From the sequence record SRR16203515_4633: a stretch of 41,770 nt of DNA. One strand, given 5' to 3'. The notes below the pieces were generated by a model, which was given only the letters and a program-made list of their open reading frames with translations, had not been told where the DNA came from and made no database searches. Shown in pieces: positions 9,685 through 19,618 of this stretch (position 1 is the stretch's first letter; the number at the start of each line of letters is the position of its first letter). The translations under genes were made by a program, and so were the position numbers.

Positions 9685-10872
9685 TTATATCCCAAAATCT
9701 TCTCTAATAAAATTACTATTAACATAATTTTTCCAATAAGTTAAATATTGATTTTTTAAATTTTTATCATTATTATTTGTTTGGAAAAAATCTCTTACAA
9801 TCCCATCAAACTCTTTTCCTTTAATTCCATAAGCAATAAAAGGAAATAAAATAGGCATCATTCCTTTAACTCCAAGCATTTTATATTTTAGGTCTTCTAC
9901 AAAATTAAAGCCTGAAATTTTTGGTGTTTTTTTCACTAAAAATAAAATCTTTTTGATATTACCTTTTAGAGTAGATGTGTCAATTAATGATTGATTTATT
10001 GCTTTTGTAATATATGTTTTAGAGTTTATTTCTACATTATCTAAAGCTAATGATTCACATAAAAAATGTATTTTTGTTAACTCTGCTTTTAAAAACTGAT
10101 GATACTTATTAATATTAAATTTATCATATCTTTCATAATCTGGTTGGAATCTAAACTCCATTGCTTTATCATATAAGGCTTTGAATTTAGGATCAATATT
10201 ATTTAGAGCTTTCATTCTTTTTTGTTTTTCAACATAACTATAGTGATACTTCCCAAGATAAAATAATAAAGCATCTCCATAACCAATAATTGCTTTTATC
10301 CAATGTTTGATTACAGTTTTTTTATCTTTATAAACTAAATTTTCTTTTTCTAAAATCAAATCATTTATAATTAATAAAGTTCCTCTATTTACAATTAGAT
10401 TTCTAATATCCCAAGAAGGAATAGTTTCTACTTCAAAATTAGTATTTTTTGTTAGACAATCACTATTTCCTGCAATTACTTTATGACCATATTTCATATC
10501 ATATGTAATAACTAAAGGGTCAATATTTAAAAGCTTAGAAGCACTAATTACTGTAAATTCAACAAAAATCCCTAAAGATTCAGTATGCTTATCAAAGATG
10601 CTTTTACACATGTCAGATAATAATACTTCTTCATCTTTTGTAATATTTTTTGAAACAACTATAAAGTCAAAGTTATTATGTGGGTACTCTCTATTTTCAA
10701 CTTTTACAACACCACCCTCACCTCTACCATAACCACCAATTAGAATCACAACTTCATATAAATCTTCTGATATTAAAGTTTTAACATCTAATGAAATATC
10801 ATCTAAAACTTTTCCTAATTTCTCATCAAATTCTTTGCTTCCCTTTACGGTAAGTCTCCCATAACTAGACAT
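9685..10872 (-). CDS. Pol-beta-superfamily nucleotidyltransferase-like protein with helical C-terminal domain
   Basis: ILIGGYGRGEGG...PHNNFDFIVV (hG[GS]..R followed by NxD in place of DxD). Start moved to ATG 10872 (AGGAG 6 nt upstream). Confidence 0.65.
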   Translation of the reverse strand: MSSYGRLTVKGSKEFDEKLGKVLDDISLDVKTLISEDLYEVVILIGGYGRGEGGVVKVENREYPHNNFDFIVVSKNITKDEEVLLSDMCKSIFDKHTESLGIFVEFTVISASKLLNIDPLVITYDMKYGHKVIAGNSDCLTKNTNFEVETIPSWDIRNLIVNRGTLLIINDLILEKENLVYKDKKTVIKHWIKAIIGYGDALLFYLGKYHYSYVEKQKRMKALNNIDPKFKALYDKAMEFRFQPDYERYDKFNINKYHQFLKAELTKIHFLCESLALDNVEINSKTYITKAINQSLIDTSTLKGNIKKILFLVKKTPKISGFNFVEDLKYKMLGVKGMMPILFPFIAYGIKGKEFDGIVRDFFQTNNNDKNLKNQYLTYWKNYVNSNFIREDFGI

Positions 10873-12031
10873 GTTCAACTCCTAATTTATTTTGGAATGT
10901 TTCTATTAATAAACTTGTATGAGCAGCGCTATCATGTTCATAAATACTAGTTTTTAATACATTAAAACATATTCTTTGGTGTAGCTTTTTATCTTCAATT
11001 AATAAGTTGATTTTCTCTTGTAAATCTTTTATATCATTAGGAGTAACAAGTAATCCATTAACATCATGTTTTAACCATTGTGATACTCCTCCAACTGCTG
11101 TGGCAATTACAGGTAAACCAACTTTTTGAGCTTCAATTCCAACTAAATTAAAAGTTTCAGGAGCTCTACTTGGTACAACTAAACAATAAGCTCTTTTATA
11201 ATATTCCATTAACTCTTCATGGTTTAATTTCCCAACAAAAGTAACTCTATGTTCAATTTTTAGCTCTTTACAATAATGTTTGAAATACTCTTCTTGTTTC
11301 CCCTCACCTACAACTACTAGATTATATTCTTCATCTATTTTATGCATTGATTTAAGTAAGGCATCTAATCCTTTTCCATTAATTAGCTGACCAACAAAAA
11401 GTAAAGTTTTATTAGATGTGAAATTAGTATTTGTTGAATATTCAAACTTCTTAGCTGCATATAATGGATTTACAGTAATACTTTCATTATCAAATTCATG
11501 TAATTCTAAATGCTCTTTCATATATTCAGAAGCCACAATAAAGTGATTTAACTCTTTATTTACTTTTTGTAGTTTTTCTAGTTTTCCAAGAGTTTGAATA
11601 GAAAAACCTAAAGCTGAGTTTGATCTATTTACAAAACCTAAACATCCATAACAACCTAAACCTAACTTTTTAGTACAAGTCTTTTTCCCAAGTGTTGTAT
11701 ATTTGTGTTCTCTTAAACAAAATAGTTTATGATCATGAAAAAATCTAACAGTAGGTATTTTAGTTTTTATAATCTCTTTATAGATACTTTCATCATCTAA
11801 CTGATGAATATAAATCACATCTGGTTGAATATTTATTATTTGATCATATACATTAAGTATTGGAAAAGCTTCATCAAACATATCAAGAAATTCATTGTGT
11901 ATATCTTCATTTGCGTCATATAATAAAGAAGATTGAATATCGAAGTTTTTCATCTCATCAGCAGTATTATAAATATACTGTTCAGCTCCACCTTGAAGAG
12001 TAGCTTTTTGATTTATCCATAGAACTCTCAT
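10865..12031 (-). CDS. Glycosyltransferase family 4
   Basis: GGAEQY, HDHKLFC, VGQLINGKG, PSRAPETFNLVGIEA. Confidence 0.92.
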   Translation of the reverse strand: MRVLWINQKATLQGGAEQYIYNTADEMKNFDIQSSLLYDANEDIHNEFLDMFDEAFPILNVYDQIINIQPDVIYIHQLDDESIYKEIIKTKIPTVRFFHDHKLFCLREHKYTTLGKKTCTKKLGLGCYGCLGFVNRSNSALGFSIQTLGKLEKLQKVNKELNHFIVASEYMKEHLELHEFDNESITVNPLYAAKKFEYSTNTNFTSNKTLLFVGQLINGKGLDALLKSMHKIDEEYNLVVVGEGKQEEYFKHYCKELKIEHRVTFVGKLNHEELMEYYKRAYCLVVPSRAPETFNLVGIEAQKVGLPVIATAVGGVSQWLKHDVNGLLVTPNDIKDLQEKINLLIEDKKLHQRICFNVLKTSIYEHDSAAHTSLLIETFQNKLGVEHV

Positions 12032-12055
12032 AACTTGCTCCTAATCTTTTTTCTT

Positions 12056-12089
12056 AGTTTAACTACTAAAGTTGCAGAAAGTTTGCAAT
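12056..12089 (-). promoter_or_regulatory. EPS-box promoter 3
   Basis: Minus strand ATTGCAA-ACTT-TCTGCAA-CTTTAGTAGT-TAAACT, 24 nt before ATG 12031. Confidence 0.78.
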
Positions 12090-12104
12090 ATGAGAGTCTA
12101 TAAA

Positions 12105-14501
12105 TTACTTCTTAGAATTTATAGATTTATCATAAATATTTGAAAGAGTTTTATTAATTAAAGACTCATCATAGTTTAATACTTCAAGTGAAGCATTAGT
12201 GATTAGTCTGTTTTTTAAGTCCTCATCTAAAAGGATTTTGTTCATATTTTTCTCTAATGAAAGTAAAGATTCATTTTCAAAAACTAATGCAGTTTTTTCA
12301 TCTTCAATTACATTACAAATACCACAAACACTACTAAGAATCAAAGGAAGTTTACTAGCCCATGCTTCTAAAGCTACTATTCCAAAAGGTTCGTGAGTAG
12401 AAGCTAATACAAAAGCATTACTATTTAAATAAGTATTTATCAATTCAGAACTATTAGGTTTTAAATCTGTAATTATTGTAATAAAATCCTGTAAGTTCTC
12501 AAAAGAGATAAACTCTTTTAATTCATTTAGATAATCTTCATCTGTTATATTTCCAACTAATAATAGATGTATATTTTCATTTTTTTCTAATAGGTTTTTA
12601 AAAGCCTTTAAAATTAGAAGTTGATTTTTTTGTTTATCAATTCTTGCAGAAGATAAAAATACAAACTTATCTTCATCTATTGAATATCTATTTCTGAAAG
12701 TCTCATCTTTTTGTATTTGAAATTGTTTTATATTCACACTATTAGATAATAAATAAACATCTTTGTTTGGATAGTTCTTTTTTGTATTTTCATACTCTTT
12801 TTTATTTAACGTAATAATTGAAGAAGCATCATCATATACTCGTCTAGAACCAAATAAAAAGCCTAATACTTTTCCCCATTCAAAAGAGTTTTGTGTAGGT
12901 TGCATTCTTGTTTTGGCTTCATTTTGATTAATATCATATAAACCCCCATGTATTGTAACAATATAAGGTATCTTTCTTATTTTACAAATAGTTCTAGCAA
13001 TAGAACCCATTCTTTTTGCTGTATGTAAATGAATTAAATCTACATCTTTTATAAAAAAGAGATAATAAAAAAGTGACCAAGAAAATAGATTTCCGCCAAC
13101 TAGATCTAAACTATTTTTATTTTTATTTGATAAATTAAAATATGGATAAAAGTAACTAAATCTTTTTACTTTTATATTACTAATCACCTCTTCTTTTTTA
13201 TCGCTTAGAATATCACTTGTAATAACTTTTGATTTAATACCATAGTTCTTTAGACCATTAGCAATTGATACTACAACATTTTCAGTTCCACCCCAGTGGG
13301 ATTTTGTGAATCTTCTTGGAATATGAAGAACACTTGTTTTACTAGTAATATCTTTTATAATAGTAGAGAGTTTTTCTTGTACATTTGAGAAAGAGTAATT
13401 ATTAGAAACATATTTGAAAGCTATGTTTTCATATTTTTCTTTTGTCTGTTTATTTTGACAAATTGTTAAAATATCTCCAGCAATTTCATCTTCTTTATTA
13501 GCTATGAATATTTTTCCTTCCAAATCTAAGCCACTTGCAGCTCTGCTTGTGGCAACAATAGATTTTTTTAAACTAGCAACTTCTAATATTCTTGTTAATG
13601 TTCCAGATGCAACTGTCAAAGGAAATAGTACTAATAGTGAGTTTTTTATATAAGAAGCAATATCATCAACTTCCCCTATTAATTTAATATTTTCATACTT
13701 CTTTTGATGTAAAGGTGTAGCATTTTTCCCTACAATATAGATCTTTGTATCTGTAGATTTTAAAAAGAATTTTAATAAAGGATATATCTTTTCAATTAGA
13801 TATGTATATGCACTTAAATTTGCAGTTGAATTTAGTACTCCATAAAAAAGTATATATTTATCTTTAATTTTTTTTGATGCATCTACTTTAATTTTATTAA
13901 TTACATTAGGTAAAACAAAATGATTATCATTGTTTTTGATATTATATTTATTTTTAACAAGTTCTAATTCATTCTTATTTGTATATAAAAAATTATAGTC
14001 TTTATTAAATAGTTTTTTTTCAAAGAAACTCAATTTATAATATTCAAAAAAATGATATCTATTTTTAATTGATTTATTTTGATTCCAAGCAGCATTTGAA
14101 ATCTCTGAAAAAAGCATATCTACATCAATAATGATTTTTATTTTTGGATTAATACTTTTAATAAAATCAGCAATTTTAGCAGTAGAAGATAGTCTTAAAA
14201 AACATACATCATAACTATTTTTTAGGATAATACTTTTTAATTTATCTAGATTTTGTTTATCAAAATTTAAAACTGCTTGGCTTTTATACCAAGGTTGTTT
14301 TATATTTTTTATTGTAAATAATCTATTATCATTTCTATGAGAATATAAAAGTTCTTTTGAATACTCTGCATTTTTAATTAAAAAAACATCAGTATTATAA
14401 TCTTTTATTAAAGACTCATACAAAAATTTACTTCTATTTTTATCCCCTGAATCAAATCCAATAAAAGGAGTGTCTATATATAATAATTTTAGAGTTTTCA
14501 T
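12105..14501 (-). CDS. Tandem double GT4 glycosyltransferase
   Basis: First domain SGDKNR...FPLTVASGTLTRILE; second domain WGGTE...ARIDKQKNQ...STHEPFGIVALEAW. Confidence 0.88.
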   Translation of the reverse strand: MKTLKLLYIDTPFIGFDSGDKNRSKFLYESLIKDYNTDVFLIKNAEYSKELLYSHRNDNRLFTIKNIKQPWYKSQAVLNFDKQNLDKLKSIILKNSYDVCFLRLSSTAKIADFIKSINPKIKIIIDVDMLFSEISNAAWNQNKSIKNRYHFFEYYKLSFFEKKLFNKDYNFLYTNKNELELVKNKYNIKNNDNHFVLPNVINKIKVDASKKIKDKYILFYGVLNSTANLSAYTYLIEKIYPLLKFFLKSTDTKIYIVGKNATPLHQKKYENIKLIGEVDDIASYIKNSLLVLFPLTVASGTLTRILEVASLKKSIVATSRAASGLDLEGKIFIANKEDEIAGDILTICQNKQTKEKYENIAFKYVSNNYSFSNVQEKLSTIIKDITSKTSVLHIPRRFTKSHWGGTENVVVSIANGLKNYGIKSKVITSDILSDKKEEVISNIKVKRFSYFYPYFNLSNKNKNSLDLVGGNLFSWSLFYYLFFIKDVDLIHLHTAKRMGSIARTICKIRKIPYIVTIHGGLYDINQNEAKTRMQPTQNSFEWGKVLGFLFGSRRVYDDASSIITLNKKEYENTKKNYPNKDVYLLSNSVNIKQFQIQKDETFRNRYSIDEDKFVFLSSARIDKQKNQLLILKAFKNLLEKNENIHLLLVGNITDEDYLNELKEFISFENLQDFITIITDLKPNSSELINTYLNSNAFVLASTHEPFGIVALEAWASKLPLILSSVCGICNVIEDEKTALVFENESLLSLEKNMNKILLDEDLKNRLITNASLEVLNYDESLINKTLSNIYDKSINSKK

Positions 14502-15661
14502 TTTGAACTTCTTTCCTTTAATAAACTATTAATACTAGTTTCTAAAGTTGTTTCTTCTGATTTTCTACGAGTATCATCAATCAACCATGTCATATCACTT
14601 TCTTTTGTATTAGTAACCGTGCCATCTAAATCAATAATAGAATCGGAGAAAAGAATCTTTTCATTTATTCTGGCTAAGGAATTAATACTTTTATAATCAT
14701 CAATAATTGATTTTCGAAGTATAACTTTTTGGCTTATTTTACAATTTGAACCAATCATAGTTGGACCAATTATTACAGCTCCATCTTCAACACAAGAAGA
14801 AGATCCAATATACACAGGAGGAATTATTTTTACTTTTTCCAAATCAATTTTTACATTAAGACCTAAATATACGCCTTTTTTTACCTCTTTTGCATTAATG
14901 TTATAACCTTTAATTTCTCCTGATAAAATCTTACAAGTTGCATCATAAAAATCATCTACATTACCAATATCTACCCATTCATAAGGAATATCTACCCCAT
15001 AAATATTAAGTTCTCTTTTTGCAAGTAAAGGCAATAAATCACCTCCAATATCAAACTCTTTATCTTTTGGAATATAATTAAAAACTTCTGGCTCAAAAAT
15101 ATAAATACCTGTATTGGCTAAAGTTGAAAGAGCTTCATTTACCTCTGGTTTTTCTTGAAAAGTAAGAATCTTATCATTCTCATCAAGCTTTACTATTCCA
15201 TATTTATTAGTTTCTTCTTTTTGTACTTTTTTTAAAGCAATTGTTGCCATTGATTTTTTTTCTTTATGAATTTTTATAGCTTTTTTAATATCTAAATCAA
15301 TCAGAGCATCAGCACATAAAACAACAAAAGTATCATCAAAAAAAGATGAAAATTCTTGGATTTTTTTCATACCACCTGCACTACCTAATGCTTTTGATAC
15401 AAGTTTGTCTTCTTGTAACTCTCCTTCAAAAGAGTAAGCTATTTGTACTCCAAAACGACTTCCATTTCCAAAATAATTTTCTATTTTAGATGAAAGATAA
15501 CTTGTATTAATTATGATTTCATCAATTCCACAAGTTTTTAAATGTTCAATTATTGATTCCAATACCGGTTTTTGAAGAAGGGGTATCATTGGTTTTGGAG
15601 TATCATTAGTAATTGGACGAACTCTTGTTCCTTTTCCTGCTGCTAATATCATCGCTTTCAT
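14498..15661 (-). CDS. cugP: NDP-sugar pyrophosphorylase, CugP-like (non-GalU UDP-glucose pyrophosphorylase; often annotated Man-1-P guanylyltransferase)
   Basis: MKAMILAAGKGTRVRPIT..PKPMIPLLQKP..RFGVQIAYSFEG..GSAGGMKKIQEFSSFFDDTFVVLC..WVDIG plus LbH. Start moved to 15661 (GAGGTG RBS). Confidence 0.8.
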   Translation of the reverse strand: MKAMILAAGKGTRVRPITNDTPKPMIPLLQKPVLESIIEHLKTCGIDEIIINTSYLSSKIENYFGNGSRFGVQIAYSFEGELQEDKLVSKALGSAGGMKKIQEFSSFFDDTFVVLCADALIDLDIKKAIKIHKEKKSMATIALKKVQKEETNKYGIVKLDENDKILTFQEKPEVNEALSTLANTGIYIFEPEVFNYIPKDKEFDIGGDLLPLLAKRELNIYGVDIPYEWVDIGNVDDFYDATCKILSGEIKGYNINAKEVKKGVYLGLNVKIDLEKVKIIPPVYIGSSSCVEDGAVIIGPTMIGSNCKISQKVILRKSIIDDYKSINSLARINEKILFSDSIIDLDGTVTNTKESDMTWLIDDTRRKSEETTLETSINSLLKERSSK

Positions 15662-15673
15662 TTTGCACCTCAA

Positions 15674-17068
15674 TTATTTTCTTTTATAATCATCTTCATA
15701 TCTAACAATGTCATCTTCTTCAAGATACTCACCAACTTGTACTTCAATTAAAACTAAATCAATTTTTCCTTCATTTTCTAATCTATGTTTTTTACCCATT
15801 GGAATATAAACTGATTCATTAGCTCTAACTAATTTTTTATTTTTTCCTATAGTCACAGTTGCAGTTCCACTAAGCACAATCCAGTGTTCATTTCTATGGA
15901 AGTGTTTTTGTAAAGATAATCTTTTTTTAGGTTTAACAAGAATAGTTTTGAATTTATAATTTGCTTGCTCTTCCATAACATTATAAGTTCCCCAAGGTCT
16001 ATGAACTAGTGGATGATCTATTGCTAAAGTTGAACCCTCTTTTACTAATTGAGATACCACTTCTTTTACATCTTGTGTTTTCTCTTTATTAACAATAAGT
16101 AAGGCATCAGGAGTATTTACAACAGCTAGATTTTCAACTTCTACTAAAGCTACTTTTTTATGATTCGAAATAACAAGATTATCTTTTGAATTTAATAAAA
16201 GAGGTTCATCTGTAGTGTATTTAACTGCATTATTATTTTCATCTTTTTCTAAAGCTTTATAAATTGAACAAAAACTTCCTAAGTCACTCCAACCAATATC
16301 ACTTCTTACTACTTTTAGATTAAAACATTTTTCCATTACTGCAACATCAATACTAACTGCGGGGATATCTTCCATAAGTTCTTTATTTATTCTAATTACA
16401 CTTTTTGTTTTTGCACTACTATAAGCATAAATAGCTGGTTCATAAATATCTAAAGCAAACTCTCGTACACTATTTAGTAAAACACTTGCTTTAAAACAAA
16501 ACATTCCACTATTCCAAAGATATTTTTTTGAATCTACAAATTTATGTGCAGTTTCTAAATCTGGTTTTTCATGGAAAGAATTAACCATTTCATCTTTTGC
16601 TTTTATATAACCATAACCAACTTCTGCATATGTTGGAACGATTCCAAAGAGAGTAATATAATCATCCATTGCAAACTGTTTTGCATCTAATACACTTGCT
16701 TCATAATTCTCAATATTTAAGATTGAGTGATCACAAGGAGTTACAAAAACTGTTTCATTTGCTTGAACATGTAAAGAGGCGATTATGATTGCAGCTGCTG
16801 TATTTCTACCAACTGATTCTAGAATAAACTCCACTTTAAAGTTTGAAGGAAGAAGATTTTTAATCTCATCAATTTGATCTAAAGCCATAAAGTAATGGTC
16901 TTCATTACAAACAATTAAAAATTTATTTGTTAATTTACTATTTCTTAATATAGTATCTTGAAATAATGAGTATTCACTTATTAATTGTGTAAATTGTTTT
17001 GGCATGTGTGTTCTTGAAATTGGCCACAATCTTGTACCGTTTCCACCACATAAAATTACATTTACCAT
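15674..17068 (-). CDS. manC: Mannose-1-phosphate guanylyltransferase/mannose-6-phosphate isomerase
   Basis: ILCGGNGTRLWPISR..PKQF, GRNTA, GYGYI, FHEKP, WNSG, WSDLG, cupin RPWG..LSLQKH..EHW. Start moved to 17068 (GGAGG RBS). Confidence 0.96.
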   Translation of the reverse strand: MVNVILCGGNGTRLWPISRTHMPKQFTQLISEYSLFQDTILRNSKLTNKFLIVCNEDHYFMALDQIDEIKNLLPSNFKVEFILESVGRNTAAAIIIASLHVQANETVFVTPCDHSILNIENYEASVLDAKQFAMDDYITLFGIVPTYAEVGYGYIKAKDEMVNSFHEKPDLETAHKFVDSKKYLWNSGMFCFKASVLLNSVREFALDIYEPAIYAYSSAKTKSVIRINKELMEDIPAVSIDVAVMEKCFNLKVVRSDIGWSDLGSFCSIYKALEKDENNNAVKYTTDEPLLLNSKDNLVISNHKKVALVEVENLAVVNTPDALLIVNKEKTQDVKEVVSQLVKEGSTLAIDHPLVHRPWGTYNVMEEQANYKFKTILVKPKKRLSLQKHFHRNEHWIVLSGTATVTIGKNKKLVRANESVYIPMGKKHRLENEGKIDLVLIEVQVGEYLEEDDIVRYEDDYKRK

Positions 17069-17093
17069 AATACACCTCCGTTTTATAATAGAG

Positions 17094-17127
17094 AGTTTCG
17101 CGTACTTGTATGCAAATAAAATGCAAT
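17094..17127 (-). promoter_or_regulatory. EPS-box promoter 4
   Basis: Minus strand ATTGCAT-TTTA-TTTGCAT-ACAAGTACGC-GAAACT, 25 nt before ATG 17068. Confidence 0.75.
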
Positions 17128-17244
17128 TATCAGAAAAGTTCAAAAAATTATTACAATTTGTCATAAAATCTTATTGATTCTATTTTTTTTACTATAATTA
17201 TAAGAAATACAAAGGTCAAACCTATAAATGATAAGGAAATTCAA

Positions 17245-17577
17245 GTGAATGGAAAAATAGAAATTACATATAAATTATTATGTAAAAATGACGTAAATAA
17301 AGAGATTAGTTTATCTCAACTTTTAAAAAATGAAAAAATAGCAAAGTTAATTAAAAGTGAATTTGCAAAGGGTTTTAGAAATATTGATTTAGTATGTCCA
17401 AAAGAAATAGAAGATACTTTTAAAATTGAAACAATTAAAGAGTATTATACTTTTGAAGTTTTAAAAGATGATTTTGCTGATATTTTGGCCTTAGCAGAAG
17501 AGAATGCAGCTTCAAGAAAACTATTCAAAAAAGATTGTAATAGAATAGAACTTGTAGATATTAAAACTCTTGATTAA
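17245..17577 (+). CDS. Hypothetical protein (110 aa), opposite to the EPS locus
   Basis: GTG start with AAGGA RBS and upstream TATAAT; fills the gap exactly and its stop abuts the next gene's stop. Confidence 0.8.
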   Translation: MNGKIEITYKLLCKNDVNKEISLSQLLKNEKIAKLIKSEFAKGFRNIDLVCPKEIEDTFKIETIKEYYTFEVLKDDFADILALAEENAASRKLFKKDCNRIELVDIKTLD

Positions 17578-18831
17578 TTAAGAGAATTTTACAACTAAAA
17601 CAGTAGTATCATCTGTATTTGGTTCATTCTCAATAAATTCATTTAGTGAGCTTTGTATATTAACAAGTATTTCATCTACATCTAGATCTATTGAATTATG
17701 ACTGATATCAATTAATCTATCTAAAGTATACATTTCACCTGCTTTATTTTTGGCTTCGATTAATCCATCTGTATATAAAATCAAAGAATCATTTTTTTGC
17801 AGTTTTTTATGAACAGGTTTATATTTTGTATCAGGGAATACACCCAATGGAATTGCAGTGGATTTTAGTTTTTCCATTCTGTTTTTTTCTTTTGTAAAAT
17901 ACAGAACTTCATTATGTCCAGTACTTATATACTCAAATCTATTCTCTTTTTCATAATATTTTATGAAAAAGGCTGTGATAAAGAAATCACTATGTTTTGA
18001 GTCTTCGCACATAAGATTATTTATCAAAAGAATTTGTTCATCGAAACTAATATTTAAACTAAGAATAGATCTACAAACACCTCTAAAGGTACTCATAGTA
18101 ATAGCAGGACCAACTCCATGTCCAGAAACATCAGCAATTATGATATTAATAGCTCCATCTTTGGAATCAAATAAATCATAATAATCTCCCCCAACATACT
18201 CAGCTGCTTCAAAAAAAGTTGAAACATTCATTTTAGCAACAGTAGGAAGTTCTTTTGGTAAGAAATTTACTTGTACTTGTTGAGCTACTTGCATCTCTTC
18301 TTTTAGTCTATTACCTTTTTTTACTTCTTCTATCATTTTTTGAAGTTCATAGTTTTTAACTAATAAGTCAGCAGAACGCTCTTCTACTAGCTTTTCTAAA
18401 TTTTCTTTATACTCTATATTTTCTCTTTTTAATAGAATATGTTTTATAGTTTTTTTAATTGTAAAATAAAATTTATTTACATCTAAAGGTTTAAAAACAA
18501 AACCATCAACACCTAATTCAATAGCTTTGGTTAAAAACTTTTGTTCTGTATATGCAGATAAAAATATTATACTTTGTTCAATCTCTACAGTTTTAATAAT
18601 TCTTGCCATTTCTAAACCATCCATGATATTCATAATAATATCACTAATAATCAAGTCATGCTTGGATTTCATATATAAGAATAAACCTTCTTTTCCATTT
18701 ACAGCAACTTCAATATCATCAAATATTCGACTTAATAACTTGTGTGTTTTTGCTCTAGCAATTTCATTATCTTCTACATATAAAACTTTTATATCTTTAG
18801 AGAGAAGTTTAATTTCTGTAATATCATCCAT
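17578..18831 (-). CDS. Response-regulator-fused PP2C/SpoIIE Ser phosphatase (RsbU/RsbP-like)
   Basis: REC VLYVED, ISDIIM, FKP; PP2C VGGDYYD, ADVSGHG, YTDGL, DDTT. Confidence 0.93.
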   Translation of the reverse strand: MDDITEIKLLSKDIKVLYVEDNEIARAKTHKLLSRIFDDIEVAVNGKEGLFLYMKSKHDLIISDIIMNIMDGLEMARIIKTVEIEQSIIFLSAYTEQKFLTKAIELGVDGFVFKPLDVNKFYFTIKKTIKHILLKRENIEYKENLEKLVEERSADLLVKNYELQKMIEEVKKGNRLKEEMQVAQQVQVNFLPKELPTVAKMNVSTFFEAAEYVGGDYYDLFDSKDGAINIIIADVSGHGVGPAITMSTFRGVCRSILSLNISFDEQILLINNLMCEDSKHSDFFITAFFIKYYEKENRFEYISTGHNEVLYFTKEKNRMEKLKSTAIPLGVFPDTKYKPVHKKLQKNDSLILYTDGLIEAKNKAGEMYTLDRLIDISHNSIDLDVDEILVNIQSSLNEFIENEPNTDDTTVLVVKFS

Positions 18832-19239
18832 TTATAACTCCACAATAAGTTTGATACTATTCTTTTTGAATATTACATCTTTACAAAAGTGTTTCATCAA
18901 AATAATACCTCTTCCAGAATCTTTTAGTAAATCTTCTGGTTTTATATGTTCACTATCTTTTCTTTTATTTTCAATAGCAACACCCTCACCTTCATCTTTC
19001 ACTTCAATACTAATATGTGACTTATCTATACAATAAGATAAAGTTACATTTTTATCTTTATTTTCTTTGTTTCCATGAATTATTGCATTAGCTAATGCTT
19101 CTTGAATTACCAATGATAAAGTATTTTTTTTATCTTGATTTTTAATTAGTTTAAATAGTTTTGATTCTAACCAATCAAATACCTTTGGAATATTTGATAA
19201 TTCACTAGAAAAAATAAAGTTTGAAGAAGATGAATTCAT
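18832..19239 (-). CDS. RsbW/SpoIIAB-like Ser kinase/anti-sigma factor
   Basis: QEALANAIIHGN, DEGEG, SGRGIILM. Confidence 0.92.
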   Translation of the reverse strand: MNSSSSNFIFSSELSNIPKVFDWLESKLFKLIKNQDKKNTLSLVIQEALANAIIHGNKENKDKNVTLSYCIDKSHISIEVKDEGEGVAIENKRKDSEHIKPEDLLKDSGRGIILMKHFCKDVIFKKNSIKLIVEL

Positions 19240-19254
19240 AAAAATTCCTTAATA

Positions 19255-19581
19255 TTATCTGCTTACATCTACGAATGTATTTAATTTTGTTACATCAAAT
19301 ATATTAAATACAATCTCATTAACATTTATGATTTTTAAACTTTTATCATGCTCTGAAAGTTTTTTGTAAAGATTAATAATCATTGTTAAACCTGAACTAT
19401 CAATAAAATTTATATTATAAAAATCTAATACTTGTTCGTCTTTTTTTGAGCTACCATTTATTTCAGATATAACTGGAGTCAATTGTTCTTTTATTAGTTT
19501 TAAATTTGTTGTATCAATTCTGTCACAATCAATAAAAGAAACAACAGATTTATTTTTTTCATTTTTTATATTTATAAACAT
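19255..19581 (-). CDS. STAS-domain anti-sigma-factor antagonist
   Basis: LDFYNINFIDSSGL, IFDVTKL; AAGGAG RBS. Confidence 0.9.
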   Translation of the reverse strand: MFINIKNEKNKSVVSFIDCDRIDTTNLKLIKEQLTPVISEINGSSKKDEQVLDFYNINFIDSSGLTMIINLYKKLSEHDKSLKIINVNEIVFNIFDVTKLNTFVDVSR

Positions 19582-19618
19582 AAAATACTCCTTCTAAAAT
19601 AATTATACATTAATTAAA

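Noticed and set aside
9685-10872. Nucleotidyltransferase as a CBASS or MNT-HEPN defence/toxin gene
   Set aside because: It is embedded and translationally coupled within a glycosyltransferase operon, with no effector or toxin partner.
17069-17164. Longest-ORF starts for manC (17164), and likewise 28781, 15673, 10878, 6320 and 36162
   Set aside because: Downstream ATGs have better RBSs or match family N-termini, and three of the extensions (17164, 28781, 36162) run through predicted promoters.
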